The notes: generated from the letters alone by a model not told the origin. Positions 18,684-27,910 are shown, counted from the first letter of the stretch. The stretch: 64,000 nt of DNA from an uncultured Gammaproteobacteria bacterium (GCA_964645825.1 CAZXZY010000001.1:17362-81361), one strand, 5' to 3'. Made by a program: numbers and translations.

Positions 18684-18741
18684 ATATTAGTATTTATCTA
18701 GTATTTTGTCAAGTTAACCCCTCCTAACCTCCCCTTGACAA
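18684..18741 (-). promoter_or_regulatory. near-consensus sigma70-type promoter (TTGACA-17-TAATAT) overlapped by inverted repeat TTGTCAAG-N20-CTTGACAA
   Basis: On the minus strand, -35 is at 18712-18707 and -10 at 18689-18684. The IR arms are 18706-18713 and 18734-18741. Confidence 0.45.
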
Positions 18742-18749
18742 GGGAGGAA

Positions 18750-18782
18750 TTTAATAATAAAAAGTCCCCCTGTTAAGGGGGA
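18750..18782 (-). terminator. intrinsic terminator of the Nudix gene
   Basis: Hairpin tccccc-tgttaa-ggggga, then U-run on the minus strand. Confidence 0.55.
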
Positions 18783-18797
18783 TTTAGGGGGTTAAAT

Positions 18798-19169
18798 TTA
18801 TTTCATTAAATTAAAATGCCTGAGAGTTGGAATTATGTTTGGAGCTAGGTTTTCTGGTAAATTATCTATATCTAGCCATTGCCACTCTCTAATATCTTCA
18901 CCGGGTTTTATCTCACCTACTCTTTCGGCCAACCAATGCACTAAAATTATATCTTGAGTATCTTTTTTAGTGTAGCTAATAAAAGGCTCTGGATTGATAA
19001 TTTTGATATCAATGCCCACTTCTTCTTTAGCTTCTCGCTTCGCACAATCTATTAATGACTCATTATTCTCTATTCTACCACCGCAAAATTTCCAAAAATC
19101 AGTATCACCATGTTGATCAAGTAATACTTTATTTTTTTCTACTATAACTGGTCCGGAAGCAATAATCAT
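18798..19169 (-). CDS. Nudix hydrolase
   Basis: Nudix box GGRIENNESLIDCAKREAKEEVGI. Confidence 0.8.
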   Translation of the reverse strand: MIIASGPVIVEKNKVLLDQHGDTDFWKFCGGRIENNESLIDCAKREAKEEVGIDIKIINPEPFISYTKKDTQDIILVHWLAERVGEIKPGEDIREWQWLDIDNLPENLAPNIIPTLRHFNLMK

Positions 19170-19172
19170 ATT

Positions 19173-20669
19173 TTATTTACCAATTTTAAATATAGATTTT
19201 TTTTCCAAAGCCTTAGAAGCTAGTTTGATTCTTTCTTTATTACGAGCATATAGCGTAAATAAGCGCTCGCCTTTTTTAACTCTGTCACCGTATTCTTTAT
19301 TAAGGTAAACACCGCCTAGTTGATCAGCTGGTGCACCTAAAATACGAGCGACAGTATTAATCATCTTATTGTCTGTAAAGCTAATAAGACCTGATTTTGG
19401 CGCATTAAAGTACTTCTTACAGGCACCAATAGTAATATCTTCAGGTCGAATTTCAGAATTTCCACCTTGAGCTTTAATGATTTCTTTCATTTTTTCCCAA
19501 GCCTGGCCATCCTCCAAAACTTTCCAAGCCATCTGCGCACCTTTACCTTTTTTAGCTTTACCTGAAAGCTCTAATAACTCACCAGCCAAGTGAATAGATT
19601 TATTAGCTAAATCAGCTGGATAGTTATCTTTTTGTTGTAATACCCTTAAGACATCTCTAGCTTCTAAGGCCGGCCCTACACCACGACCAACTGGATCTTC
19701 AGTTTGGATCATGATTACCTTTATTTTAATGCCAAATTTTTTAGCAATATATTTAAATTTTGTTTCCAAGTCTTTAGCTATTTTCATGTTAGGAATCTTG
19801 GTAGTTTTACCAACTGGCATGTCAATAACTAAATGAGTAACTCCAGTGGCTACTTTTTTAGCCATAATACTAACTAACATCTTACTATACGGCTCTAAAG
19901 ATAATGGGTAAGAAACTTTAAGAATCTTATCATCAGCTGGAGCCAAATTTAATCCTCCACCCCAAACTAGACAACCACCATGTTTTTTGACGATGCTTTT
20001 TATTTGCGCAGCCGTAAAAGACACCGGTGCTAAAACTTCCATTGTATCTGATGTGCCGGCTGGCGAAGTAATGGCTCTAGATGAAGTTTTAGGGATGGTC
20101 AGCCCTAAAGCAGCAATAATAGGAATAACAACCATAGTTGTTCTATTGCCAGCCAGTCCTCCAACAGAATGTTTATCGACTGTCATACCGGGAAATTTAA
20201 GCACTTCTCCAGTTTCGGCCATGGCCTTGGTCATGAAGTACAGTTCTTCATTACTATATTCACGCATAAAACCAGAGGCTACAAAGTATGTAATCTCTGT
20301 TCTGGTCAATATGCCTGAAGAAATATCAGCAAAAATTTGATGAAATTCATTGTAGGTCAGTTTTTTACCTAACAATCTCTTTTTTATAGCCTGTACTGAC
20401 GGTGCTCTTTCTAAAAAATCCACTTCAACGATAGTGCTAACAGGAATATTTCTATTTTGCCAAATATCTTTATATAAACCGATTTGTCCTGGTTTTATTC
20501 TTTTGGTAGAAGTATTAGCTTCAGCAATAATATTTTTGTTTTGCCAAGATATTCTAATTTTATCACCAGCTCTTATTCCATAACGACGAGCTTCGTCAAC
20601 GTTTAATAAGGCAATGCTAGCTTGACCAGTTTTAATGTCTAACTTTTTTATTTTTAAGTAATACGGCAT
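19173..20669 (-). CDS. AMP phosphorylase-type (archaeal DeoA-like) member of the thymidine phosphorylase family
   Basis: About 498 aa with an N-terminal extension of about 85 aa preceding the TP alpha-domain. Phosphate-binding DKHSVGG and glycosyltransferase-family-3 core. Confidence 0.7.
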   Translation of the reverse strand: MPYYLKIKKLDIKTGQASIALLNVDEARRYGIRAGDKIRISWQNKNIIAEANTSTKRIKPGQIGLYKDIWQNRNIPVSTIVEVDFLERAPSVQAIKKRLLGKKLTYNEFHQIFADISSGILTRTEITYFVASGFMREYSNEELYFMTKAMAETGEVLKFPGMTVDKHSVGGLAGNRTTMVVIPIIAALGLTIPKTSSRAITSPAGTSDTMEVLAPVSFTAAQIKSIVKKHGGCLVWGGGLNLAPADDKILKVSYPLSLEPYSKMLVSIMAKKVATGVTHLVIDMPVGKTTKIPNMKIAKDLETKFKYIAKKFGIKIKVIMIQTEDPVGRGVGPALEARDVLRVLQQKDNYPADLANKSIHLAGELLELSGKAKKGKGAQMAWKVLEDGQAWEKMKEIIKAQGGNSEIRPEDITIGACKKYFNAPKSGLISFTDNKMINTVARILGAPADQLGGVYLNKEYGDRVKKGERLFTLYARNKERIKLASKALEKKSIFKIGK

Positions 20670-20682
20670 TTATTTTTTTGGA

Positions 20683-22380
20683 TTAAAATTTAACAACTTC
20701 TCCTGGCCCCAAAATATTTTTATCATCTTTTTTTTCTTCTTGTTTTGGGACATCTTTTTTAAACTCTGGCTTTACTTTAAGCGCTTCGGCTAAGGAAATA
20801 AACTCCTCTTTGTTATCTTCTTTTTTCTCTTCTGATTGACTAACTTTTTTGATACTAGAAGGAGAAGGAATTTTACCTTGCTTAGATAATTCTAAACACT
20901 TTTTACAATACACTGGTTTATTAGGATCTGGAATAAAGTTTATCTCTGTATGTGTGCCACAAAATGAGCAATCAACTTCTGCTAAAGGTTTCTTGATTCT
21001 AGTTTTTTTGTTAACTGGTTTTTTTTCAGAATTGCTACTTTGAGCTGTGACTGGGTATATTTTTTTAGCCGGTTTCTCTTCTGTTGCCGCTTCTTCGTGT
21101 TTATTTTCACTCCAACGAGTAATTCTCTCTTCAATTTCATGTCTAGGACTAGCATATCTTTCGCGAGAAACAGCGATCACTTTATCTTTAATTTCTGGAT
21201 TAACATAGCCTATATCTATTGGTGGTAAAGTAATAGCTGAAAATCCTTGTGAAGCTACACCATCGATCATTAATTTGAGATAAGTTTCATATTTAGTTAA
21301 ATTAACTAAATCGTATTGAGTAAAAGTAGGAAAAAATTCTTTTTCCAAAAATTCAGCATCAGTAGCACCAACTCTAAAAGTAACTATAGTGCCAACATTG
21401 CCAAAAACGGCAGCCGTAACCATTTCATCAACTTGTTCAATATATTGGTGAGCCAAAATTAAATTAAGACGATACTTACGCGCCTCGGATAAAATACCAG
21501 CAAATGATTCAGTGGCAAAATTTTGAAACTCATCAACATATAAATAAAAATCTTTACGTTCATTTTCTGGAATATTTACTCGACTCATAGCGGCTAATTG
21601 AATCTTGGTGATCATCATAGCACCTAATAAGGCCGAGTTATCTTCACCTACCCTACCTTTAGCCAAATTCATCAATAAGATTTTTTGATTATCCATGATT
21701 TCACGCATAGTAAAAGAAGATTTAGGTTGGCCCAAAATATTTCTAATCAAAGCAGAAGATAAGAATCGACCAACCTTATTTTGAATCGGTGCGATGGCTT
21801 CTGATTGAAATTTGTCCGGATACTTTGAGTATTCATCAACCCAAAAAGATTTGACTACTGGATCAGTAACTTGGTCAATTACTTTTTTTCTAAAAGGCTT
21901 ATCAACTAACATTCGCATGATGCCTAATAATGTAGAACCTGGATACTCTAATAAGGCAGAAATAGTATGATGTAAAACATATTCTAAACGAGGCCCCCAA
22001 GAGTCAGCCCAGATTTTTTTAAACACTCCAATCAAACCAGAAACTACCAAATGTCTTTCTGCTTCATTGACGTTTTCCAAAACATTAAAGGCTATGGGAA
22101 AATCCAAATCAGCTGGGTTAACATAAACCACATCATTAATACGATCAGCTGGAATATACTCAATAACTTTTTCTACTAAATCTCCATGTGGATCAATCAC
22201 GCAAACACCCTTGCCAGCCTGAATGTCCTGAATAATCATATTTTCCAAAACTGTCGATTTGCCCATGCCAGTTTTTCCAATAAAATACATATGGCGACGG
22301 CGGTCGTCAGTCTTGATACCAAACTTTGTTTGGGAATTACGAAAGTTTGTCTTAGCAAAAAAAGTTATATTTTGACTCAT
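20683..22380 (-). CDS. FtsK/HerA-superfamily P-loop ATPase (HerA/TraG-like) with Lys/Glu-rich tail and C-terminal zinc ribbon; split form
   Basis: Walker A GKTGMGKST, VIDPHGDL box, Walker B YLYVDEFQNF, ARKYRLNLILAHQ. CSFCG...CKKC near the C-terminus. Confidence 0.6.
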   Translation of the reverse strand: MSQNITFFAKTNFRNSQTKFGIKTDDRRRHMYFIGKTGMGKSTVLENMIIQDIQAGKGVCVIDPHGDLVEKVIEYIPADRINDVVYVNPADLDFPIAFNVLENVNEAERHLVVSGLIGVFKKIWADSWGPRLEYVLHHTISALLEYPGSTLLGIMRMLVDKPFRKKVIDQVTDPVVKSFWVDEYSKYPDKFQSEAIAPIQNKVGRFLSSALIRNILGQPKSSFTMREIMDNQKILLMNLAKGRVGEDNSALLGAMMITKIQLAAMSRVNIPENERKDFYLYVDEFQNFATESFAGILSEARKYRLNLILAHQYIEQVDEMVTAAVFGNVGTIVTFRVGATDAEFLEKEFFPTFTQYDLVNLTKYETYLKLMIDGVASQGFSAITLPPIDIGYVNPEIKDKVIAVSRERYASPRHEIEERITRWSENKHEEAATEEKPAKKIYPVTAQSSNSEKKPVNKKTRIKKPLAEVDCSFCGTHTEINFIPDPNKPVYCKKCLELSKQGKIPSPSSIKKVSQSEEKKEDNKEEFISLAEALKVKPEFKKDVPKQEEKKDDKNILGPGEVVKF

Positions 22381-22386
22381 ATATTA

Positions 22387-23916
22387 TTATATTGGTAGAT
22401 TAGTTGGCGGCCCTCCTTTTGTGCCCGAGGCATTGATAACATCGCTCTTTGGTAGTTTTACTGTTTCTACGTCTTCTTTTCTTTCAGTTTTGTCTTTAGC
22501 AAATCTATCTTCAAAGTAATCATTATCTAGATCTACTGTAAATTCAGGTTGTTTGTTTAGTTGTACTTTAAGATTCTCTGACTCAGATTCATCCAAATCA
22601 CTGATACCAAGAGAAGCTGGTAAACTTGAAGGTGCTTGAGATTTTTTGGTTTCTGTTCTTTTTAATAGTGGTGTTCGTATTTCCATACCAGGAAAATGCC
22701 ATAAAGTAGCTAGTTCTTCAGTGTTTAAAATAAAACTACTATGCCCAGCTGCACCACTACGGCCTTTGTATGCTTTAACTAATGCAGATTTACGTTTTTT
22801 TGCTCGATATTTAGTAAACCAATAATTAACTGAGGTTTTGGTTCTTGGATCAGGATAAAAACCATTTAAATTCAAGTCAGCAAACTGCTTAACGGCACCA
22901 AAGACTGACGAGACCGCTCTATTTGGTGAATAGTCTTCTAGGGGCGCAAGGTATATTAATCTAATTTTACACTCAAAACCCATCTTGGAAGCCTTATTCT
23001 GGATTGCTTCAATGCTATCTTTTTCACCTGGAGTCAAATGAAGCATCATGCTAGGCAGCTCATCTTTTTCATTGCTCTCTTTCCATAAAGGAAAAATAAA
23101 CTCGCCTATTTTATCCATGCTATTGGTAATCCAGTCAACTACTTCATTGGGTTTACTGGTTTTTTCTTTAATTTTTTTTCCAGCCAATTTTAAGGCCATG
23201 TTTTGAGATTCCTGAACCCATTCAAAACCAGTTGGCTTTACTAGAATTTGAAACCAAATTTGCTCACCAACATGAATTTTACTCATCGTTTCCAGTATCG
23301 CAGCCAAAGGATCTTTGTATTCACCACTAACCTTATCTTCAAAAGCAGGATAAGTTTTGATTGGAAAAGCTTGATGGGACACCGGAATTATTTCACTGCC
23401 CCATATATTGTATGTATCGTCTGGATAATCTTCTGGCGCCCAATCAACATAATCATCGACTTCAGTTATTTCTGCATCTGGATATTGTGAGTAAATAGAG
23501 CTTTCTACCACATCTCGATATTGAGATGGTGTACGGATCAAAAATTGAACATATCCATCAATACTGACAATTTCAAAAGAAAAAGACAACTGAAAAATAC
23601 CAGCCCAATAGTCATCTACTTTACTCAAAGGTGCATGAGCACCAGAAATAGTAGAAAATAATTGTTCTACTGCTTTTGGAGTTTGTTCATGCTCTTTGGG
23701 TATGTCAACAGCTAATAAAATAAACTTGTTGCTGGCAAACCATTTATTTTGTTTATTAAATAGCCACAACCAATATCCCTGAACAATAAAAAGAATAACA
23801 AATAAAACCCAGCCGCCATGACTAAAAAGATACCAGATAGCATAGGCTGGTCCTTGATCGGCTGCGGCAAAAAGTGGCGCGAAGTCGATAACGAAATTTA
23901 TTATTTCTATCTGCAT
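22387..23916 (-). CDS. membrane-anchored partner of the split ATPase (homologous to the N-terminal half of the fused 820-aa paralog)
   Basis: N-terminal TM (WVLFVILFIVQGYWLWLF). Conserved IKTYPAFEDK segment shared with the fused paralog. Ends GGPPTNLPI, matching the fused protein's SPPANIPT junction. Confidence 0.5.
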   Translation of the reverse strand: MQIEIINFVIDFAPLFAAADQGPAYAIWYLFSHGGWVLFVILFIVQGYWLWLFNKQNKWFASNKFILLAVDIPKEHEQTPKAVEQLFSTISGAHAPLSKVDDYWAGIFQLSFSFEIVSIDGYVQFLIRTPSQYRDVVESSIYSQYPDAEITEVDDYVDWAPEDYPDDTYNIWGSEIIPVSHQAFPIKTYPAFEDKVSGEYKDPLAAILETMSKIHVGEQIWFQILVKPTGFEWVQESQNMALKLAGKKIKEKTSKPNEVVDWITNSMDKIGEFIFPLWKESNEKDELPSMMLHLTPGEKDSIEAIQNKASKMGFECKIRLIYLAPLEDYSPNRAVSSVFGAVKQFADLNLNGFYPDPRTKTSVNYWFTKYRAKKRKSALVKAYKGRSGAAGHSSFILNTEELATLWHFPGMEIRTPLLKRTETKKSQAPSSLPASLGISDLDESESENLKVQLNKQPEFTVDLDNDYFEDRFAKDKTERKEDVETVKLPKSDVINASGTKGGPPTNLPI

Positions 23917-23979
23917 TCAAAAATAATTATTTTTATTTTTAGCTATAGATATTATAGCTTATTATACCATTTTTTTAAA

Positions 23980-24021
23980 GCTAGAAACAAAATAACTCGC
24001 TATTAAAAAATGTTTAGCGAG
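23980..24021 (-). terminator. putative terminator of the sigma-r4 protein gene
   Basis: Hairpin ctcgcta-N13-tagcgag plus U-rich tail. Confidence 0.4.
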
Positions 24022-24056
24022 CCATTCTGTCATTATAAGTATGAGAGTGAAGCATT

Positions 24057-25160
24057 TTAAGCTTCTTTTAGTAAATATCTACCTTTTTCATCTCTAGCAA
24101 AACGATCTTTATTCATTAAGGCTAGGGCAATAGTGGTTTCTTTAATCAACCTCTTGTCTAGAACGGCAGCAATAATTTCTTTTTTGCTCATTGGGCGGCC
24201 AATTTCATTTAAAATTTCAGCAATTACATCAGCAACTACACCAGGTTTATAACCCCATTCTTTTAGGGCATAAATACCACGGCCCACTAAAACATATTTT
24301 TTATCTAAGATTAATTCATTGTGAATGGTAGCTGGATAAGCTTTACGTTGATCAAATTCCATCTTATTGATAGTTTCTGCGATCTCAGTAAAATGCAATG
24401 GCTTACTTTCTTTACGCAAGACAATATAGATTTTGTCATTCATGCGTTTTGGAGTGATACTTGGCCATTCGGCTAAACCCCACTCTTCGTAAGGATTATT
24501 TTCAATCTTTTTGGTAATGTCCAAAAAGTTAACTACCATTTTATCATTTAAATCATCATTGCTAGAAAAAAAGTTGGCTTGAGTGATTTTTTTGATCAAG
24601 TCTTCTAAAATAACTGTATCTTTATGCTCATGAATCAATTGACGAATGTCATCAATAACCTTATCAAAAAAGTCGATAGAAGCTTCTGGTGTTTTCCAAA
24701 AACTATAAACTTTTTTACTTTCTTTTACAAAATGAAAACGATGATTTAAGAGTTGGTTCAAGACAAAGTTAATAGCAGCTTTATTTTCAGCTGTTGCTCC
24801 AGGCACAACTAACAATTCTTTAATCAAGTTTTCTTCCGACATCATGCCACCATGCTCATTTAAGATAGCATTGGCAATATCTTCAATCTGTTTCAAGAAG
24901 TTTTGATCAAAGTTTTTGATAATTTTCTTTAGTGCACTGTTTTCAATTTGACGTACTCTTTCACGAGTAATACTGTATTGACGGCCAATTTCTTCTAGTG
25001 TTTTTTTCTTAAAGCCGGCCAATCCATGTCGCATCTTCAAAATCTCTTGCTCACGTTCAGATAATACCTCCAAAATACGCTCAACAGTTTGAGCGGGATT
25101 GAACTCTGACAAATGAGAGAGTTGTTGTGCAGTCATAACTTGGTCTAAAATAGAACCCAT
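24057..25160 (-). CDS. sigma-70 region-4 domain protein with winged-helix-like C-terminus (not a complete sigma factor)
   Basis: Residues 25-85, LSEREQEILKMRHGL...TLEEIGRQYSITRERVRQIENSALKKI, match region 4.1/4.2. There is no region 2 or 3. The C-terminal GRGIYALKEWGY...KKEIIAAVL resembles HARE-HTH. The gene is monocistronic, with its own promoter and terminator. Confidence 0.6.
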   Translation of the reverse strand: MGSILDQVMTAQQLSHLSEFNPAQTVERILEVLSEREQEILKMRHGLAGFKKKTLEEIGRQYSITRERVRQIENSALKKIIKNFDQNFLKQIEDIANAILNEHGGMMSEENLIKELLVVPGATAENKAAINFVLNQLLNHRFHFVKESKKVYSFWKTPEASIDFFDKVIDDIRQLIHEHKDTVILEDLIKKITQANFFSSNDDLNDKMVVNFLDITKKIENNPYEEWGLAEWPSITPKRMNDKIYIVLRKESKPLHFTEIAETINKMEFDQRKAYPATIHNELILDKKYVLVGRGIYALKEWGYKPGVVADVIAEILNEIGRPMSKKEIIAAVLDKRLIKETTIALALMNKDRFARDEKGRYLLKEA

Positions 25161-25209
25161 AAGTTTGTTTCATTTATTTAAATCTCTTCCATAATAACAT
25201 ATTTATCAG

Positions 25210-25248
25210 AAAAAGTCAACCCTATTAACGGTCTGTCAATAGGGTTGA
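25210..25248 (-). terminator. intrinsic terminator after secF
   Basis: 10-bp stem caaccctatt / aatagggttg plus U-run. Confidence 0.55.
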
Positions 25249-25273
25249 GATATTTGGCTAATTTTAGCTAAAA

Positions 25274-26173
25274 TTAAGCTTTTTTGTTCCAAAGAGATAA
25301 TAGTGGCGAAGCAACGAAGATTGAGGAATAAGTACCAATAATGACACCTAAAATCAAGGCTAAAACGAAGTATTTAATACTCTCTCCGCCAAATATATAG
25401 ATAGCTAGCAATACAAATAGGGTTGTTACCGAGGTATTTATAGATCGGACAATAGTTTGGTTCACGCTAAGGTTGACAATTTCATCAAAAGCTTGGTTTT
25501 GTACTTTAAATAGGTTTTCACGAGTTCTATCAAAAGTAACTATGGTATCATGAATGGAAAAACCTAAAATAGTAAGCAAAGCAGTTACGAATAAGGTATC
25601 AATCTCAACATTGGCCACTTGACCCAAAATTGCAAATATACCAGTAACAATTAAAATATCGTGTGCCAAAGCAATGATTGCTGAAATACCGTATTTCCAA
25701 GAAGCAACTGGCTTAGAAACCTGTCTAAAAGCATAAGCAATATAAAAGACAATAAATAATAACACTATAACAATGGCTTCAATGGCCTTGCTTTTTAATT
25801 CTTGACCAATAGTTGGCCCAATAGATTCAAATCTTAATTCAGTAAGAGCCGCAGCTTGTTCATCAATTTGAATATTTTTTAGATTACTTAAAATCTTTTG
25901 ATGCACATCTTCACTGACGTCTTCAAAACGTAAAAAGAAATTTTGTTCTCCAGTAGGCTGAATACGGATACTTTGTAATTCTAAGGGCGTTAGCGACTCC
26001 TCTACTTGAGCGATACTTGGTCGGGTTGTTTCATAGGATACTTCTAATAAACTACCACCAGTAAAATCAATGCCTAGTTTTAAACCAAAAATGGCTAGCG
26101 CGGCAATGCTCAGTGCTACTAAAATACCAGAAAAAGTAAACCAGTATTTTTTATTTTTAATAATGTTATACAT
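25274..26173 (-). CDS. secF: protein translocase subunit SecF
   Basis: SecD/SecF family with 6 TM segments; follows secD. Confidence 0.9.
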   Translation of the reverse strand: MYNIIKNKKYWFTFSGILVALSIAALAIFGLKLGIDFTGGSLLEVSYETTRPSIAQVEESLTPLELQSIRIQPTGEQNFFLRFEDVSEDVHQKILSNLKNIQIDEQAAALTELRFESIGPTIGQELKSKAIEAIVIVLLFIVFYIAYAFRQVSKPVASWKYGISAIIALAHDILIVTGIFAILGQVANVEIDTLFVTALLTILGFSIHDTIVTFDRTRENLFKVQNQAFDEIVNLSVNQTIVRSINTSVTTLFVLLAIYIFGGESIKYFVLALILGVIIGTYSSIFVASPLLSLWNKKA

Positions 26174-26174
26174 A

Positions 26175-27842
26175 TTATTGATTATTCTTTTCTTTATTTA
26201 TACCAAATAGCCATAACTTATCCTCTATTTTACGTTTTACAATCATGCGTAAAAAAGTACGTGTCACAGTAATAGCAGAGAACATAGAGATGATAATACC
26301 AATCGCTAAAGTGATGGCAAACCCTTTGACAACAGATGTTCCAAACCAAGCTAAGATCAAACAAGTAATAATGGATGAAATATTTGAATCACGAATAGAT
26401 GTCCAAGCTCTTTGAAAACCATTTTCAACAGATGATGTTAAACTACGGCCTTCGTATAATTCTTCTTTTGTTCTTTCGAAGATAAGAATATTAGCATCTA
26501 CTGCCATACCAACCGACAAAATAAATCCAGCTACACCAGCTAAAGTCATGGTCACTGGGATCATTTCAAATAAAGCTAGTGTGACCAAAGAATACACAGC
26601 TAAAGCCAAAACCGCAATCAATCCTGGTAATCTATAATAAATTAGCATAAACAATGCTGCTGCAAGTAAGCCAATAATACCAGCTATTAAACTTTTTTCT
26701 ACTGAAATATCACCCAAAGAAGCACCAACTGTTTGCTGGCTGATTAATTCGATTGGTACTGGCAAAGCACCTGAATTTAAATCTCTAACCATATCTTTGG
26801 CTTCTTTTATACCAAAACTACCAGAAATAACAGCTCGCCCATCTTTGATTGCTTCTTGAACAACTGGCTCAGAAATTTTGAATCCATCCAAAAAAATAGC
26901 CACTGGTTTTCCAACATTAGCCTCAGTAATAGAAGCAAAGAGATCTTTTCCTTCGCTATCAAATTCTAATCCAATCAATGGAGCGTTGGTATTTTGATCA
27001 AATTCTAAGTTTGCTCGTTTAAGATGACGACCACCTAAATCAGTATTTTCCCAATTGATATTAGCATAATCAGCGTTTGGTTTTTGAATTAAGATGTGAG
27101 CGGCTCGTATTTCTGTCTCACCAGAATCATTTAAACGTTCTTCAAGTTTTTTTATAATATGATAACCAAATTGTGACTCAACTAGTTCTGGAGAAATTTC
27201 TCCAATTTTTAAATCTTCAAAAATAGCTTGTTCAAATTCTGGTACAAATTGTCCACGTGTTACCCATGGTAATTCACCACCATCAACGGACGAACCCAAA
27301 TCTTCACTAAATTCTTGAGCAAGCGCTGCAAAATCCTCTCCTGCTAAAACCTGTTCTAACAAACCTTGCGCTGTATCTTTTTCAGGATTTAATATTTCTT
27401 CTTCTGTTTCTTCAACAATTGGAGCGCCGACAGTTTTGAATTCTAATAAAGGTGTAGCGCCAATCATTTCAATAGCTTCACTTACATCTTGGACGCCAGC
27501 TAGCTCAACAATGATACGATAGTGATTTCCACTATAATTTGTTTGAATAGTTGGTTCAGATACACCATAAGCGTTTACACGACGCTCAATAACGTCTCTG
27601 ACGCCCTCCACGGACTCTTTTTTGTCTGCATCGGCAAAGTTATCAACGTTAGCTTCATAGACCAGATGAGTGCCGCCTTGTAAATCTAAACCTAAATGTA
27701 TTCTAAATTTAGAAAACCAGCCAGAATTACTTGGCCAGACCACAAGAGCGCTAAAAATTGCCAAAATCATGATACCAGCAAAAGCTAGACGTACTTGGTT
27801 TTTAGTAATAGCTACTTTTCGAGGTAATTTAGTTTTTGTCAT
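26175..27842 (-). CDS. secD: protein translocase subunit SecD with inserted parvulin-like PPIase domain
   Basis: SecD TM1 and periplasmic head. Residues about 160-255 read GEDFAALAQEFSEDLGSSVDGGELPWVTRGQFVPEFEQAIFEDLKIGEISPELVESQFGYHIIKK, a PpiC/parvulin signature. C-terminal 6-TM SecD core follows. Confidence 0.85.
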   Translation of the reverse strand: MTKTKLPRKVAITKNQVRLAFAGIMILAIFSALVVWPSNSGWFSKFRIHLGLDLQGGTHLVYEANVDNFADADKKESVEGVRDVIERRVNAYGVSEPTIQTNYSGNHYRIIVELAGVQDVSEAIEMIGATPLLEFKTVGAPIVEETEEEILNPEKDTAQGLLEQVLAGEDFAALAQEFSEDLGSSVDGGELPWVTRGQFVPEFEQAIFEDLKIGEISPELVESQFGYHIIKKLEERLNDSGETEIRAAHILIQKPNADYANINWENTDLGGRHLKRANLEFDQNTNAPLIGLEFDSEGKDLFASITEANVGKPVAIFLDGFKISEPVVQEAIKDGRAVISGSFGIKEAKDMVRDLNSGALPVPIELISQQTVGASLGDISVEKSLIAGIIGLLAAALFMLIYYRLPGLIAVLALAVYSLVTLALFEMIPVTMTLAGVAGFILSVGMAVDANILIFERTKEELYEGRSLTSSVENGFQRAWTSIRDSNISSIITCLILAWFGTSVVKGFAITLAIGIIISMFSAITVTRTFLRMIVKRKIEDKLWLFGINKEKNNQ

Positions 27843-27910
27843 ATAAATTATCTTTTTTAAATATGCGGATATTTTAGCATAAATCTCAATTTTTTCAAGT
27901 CCAAATATGC

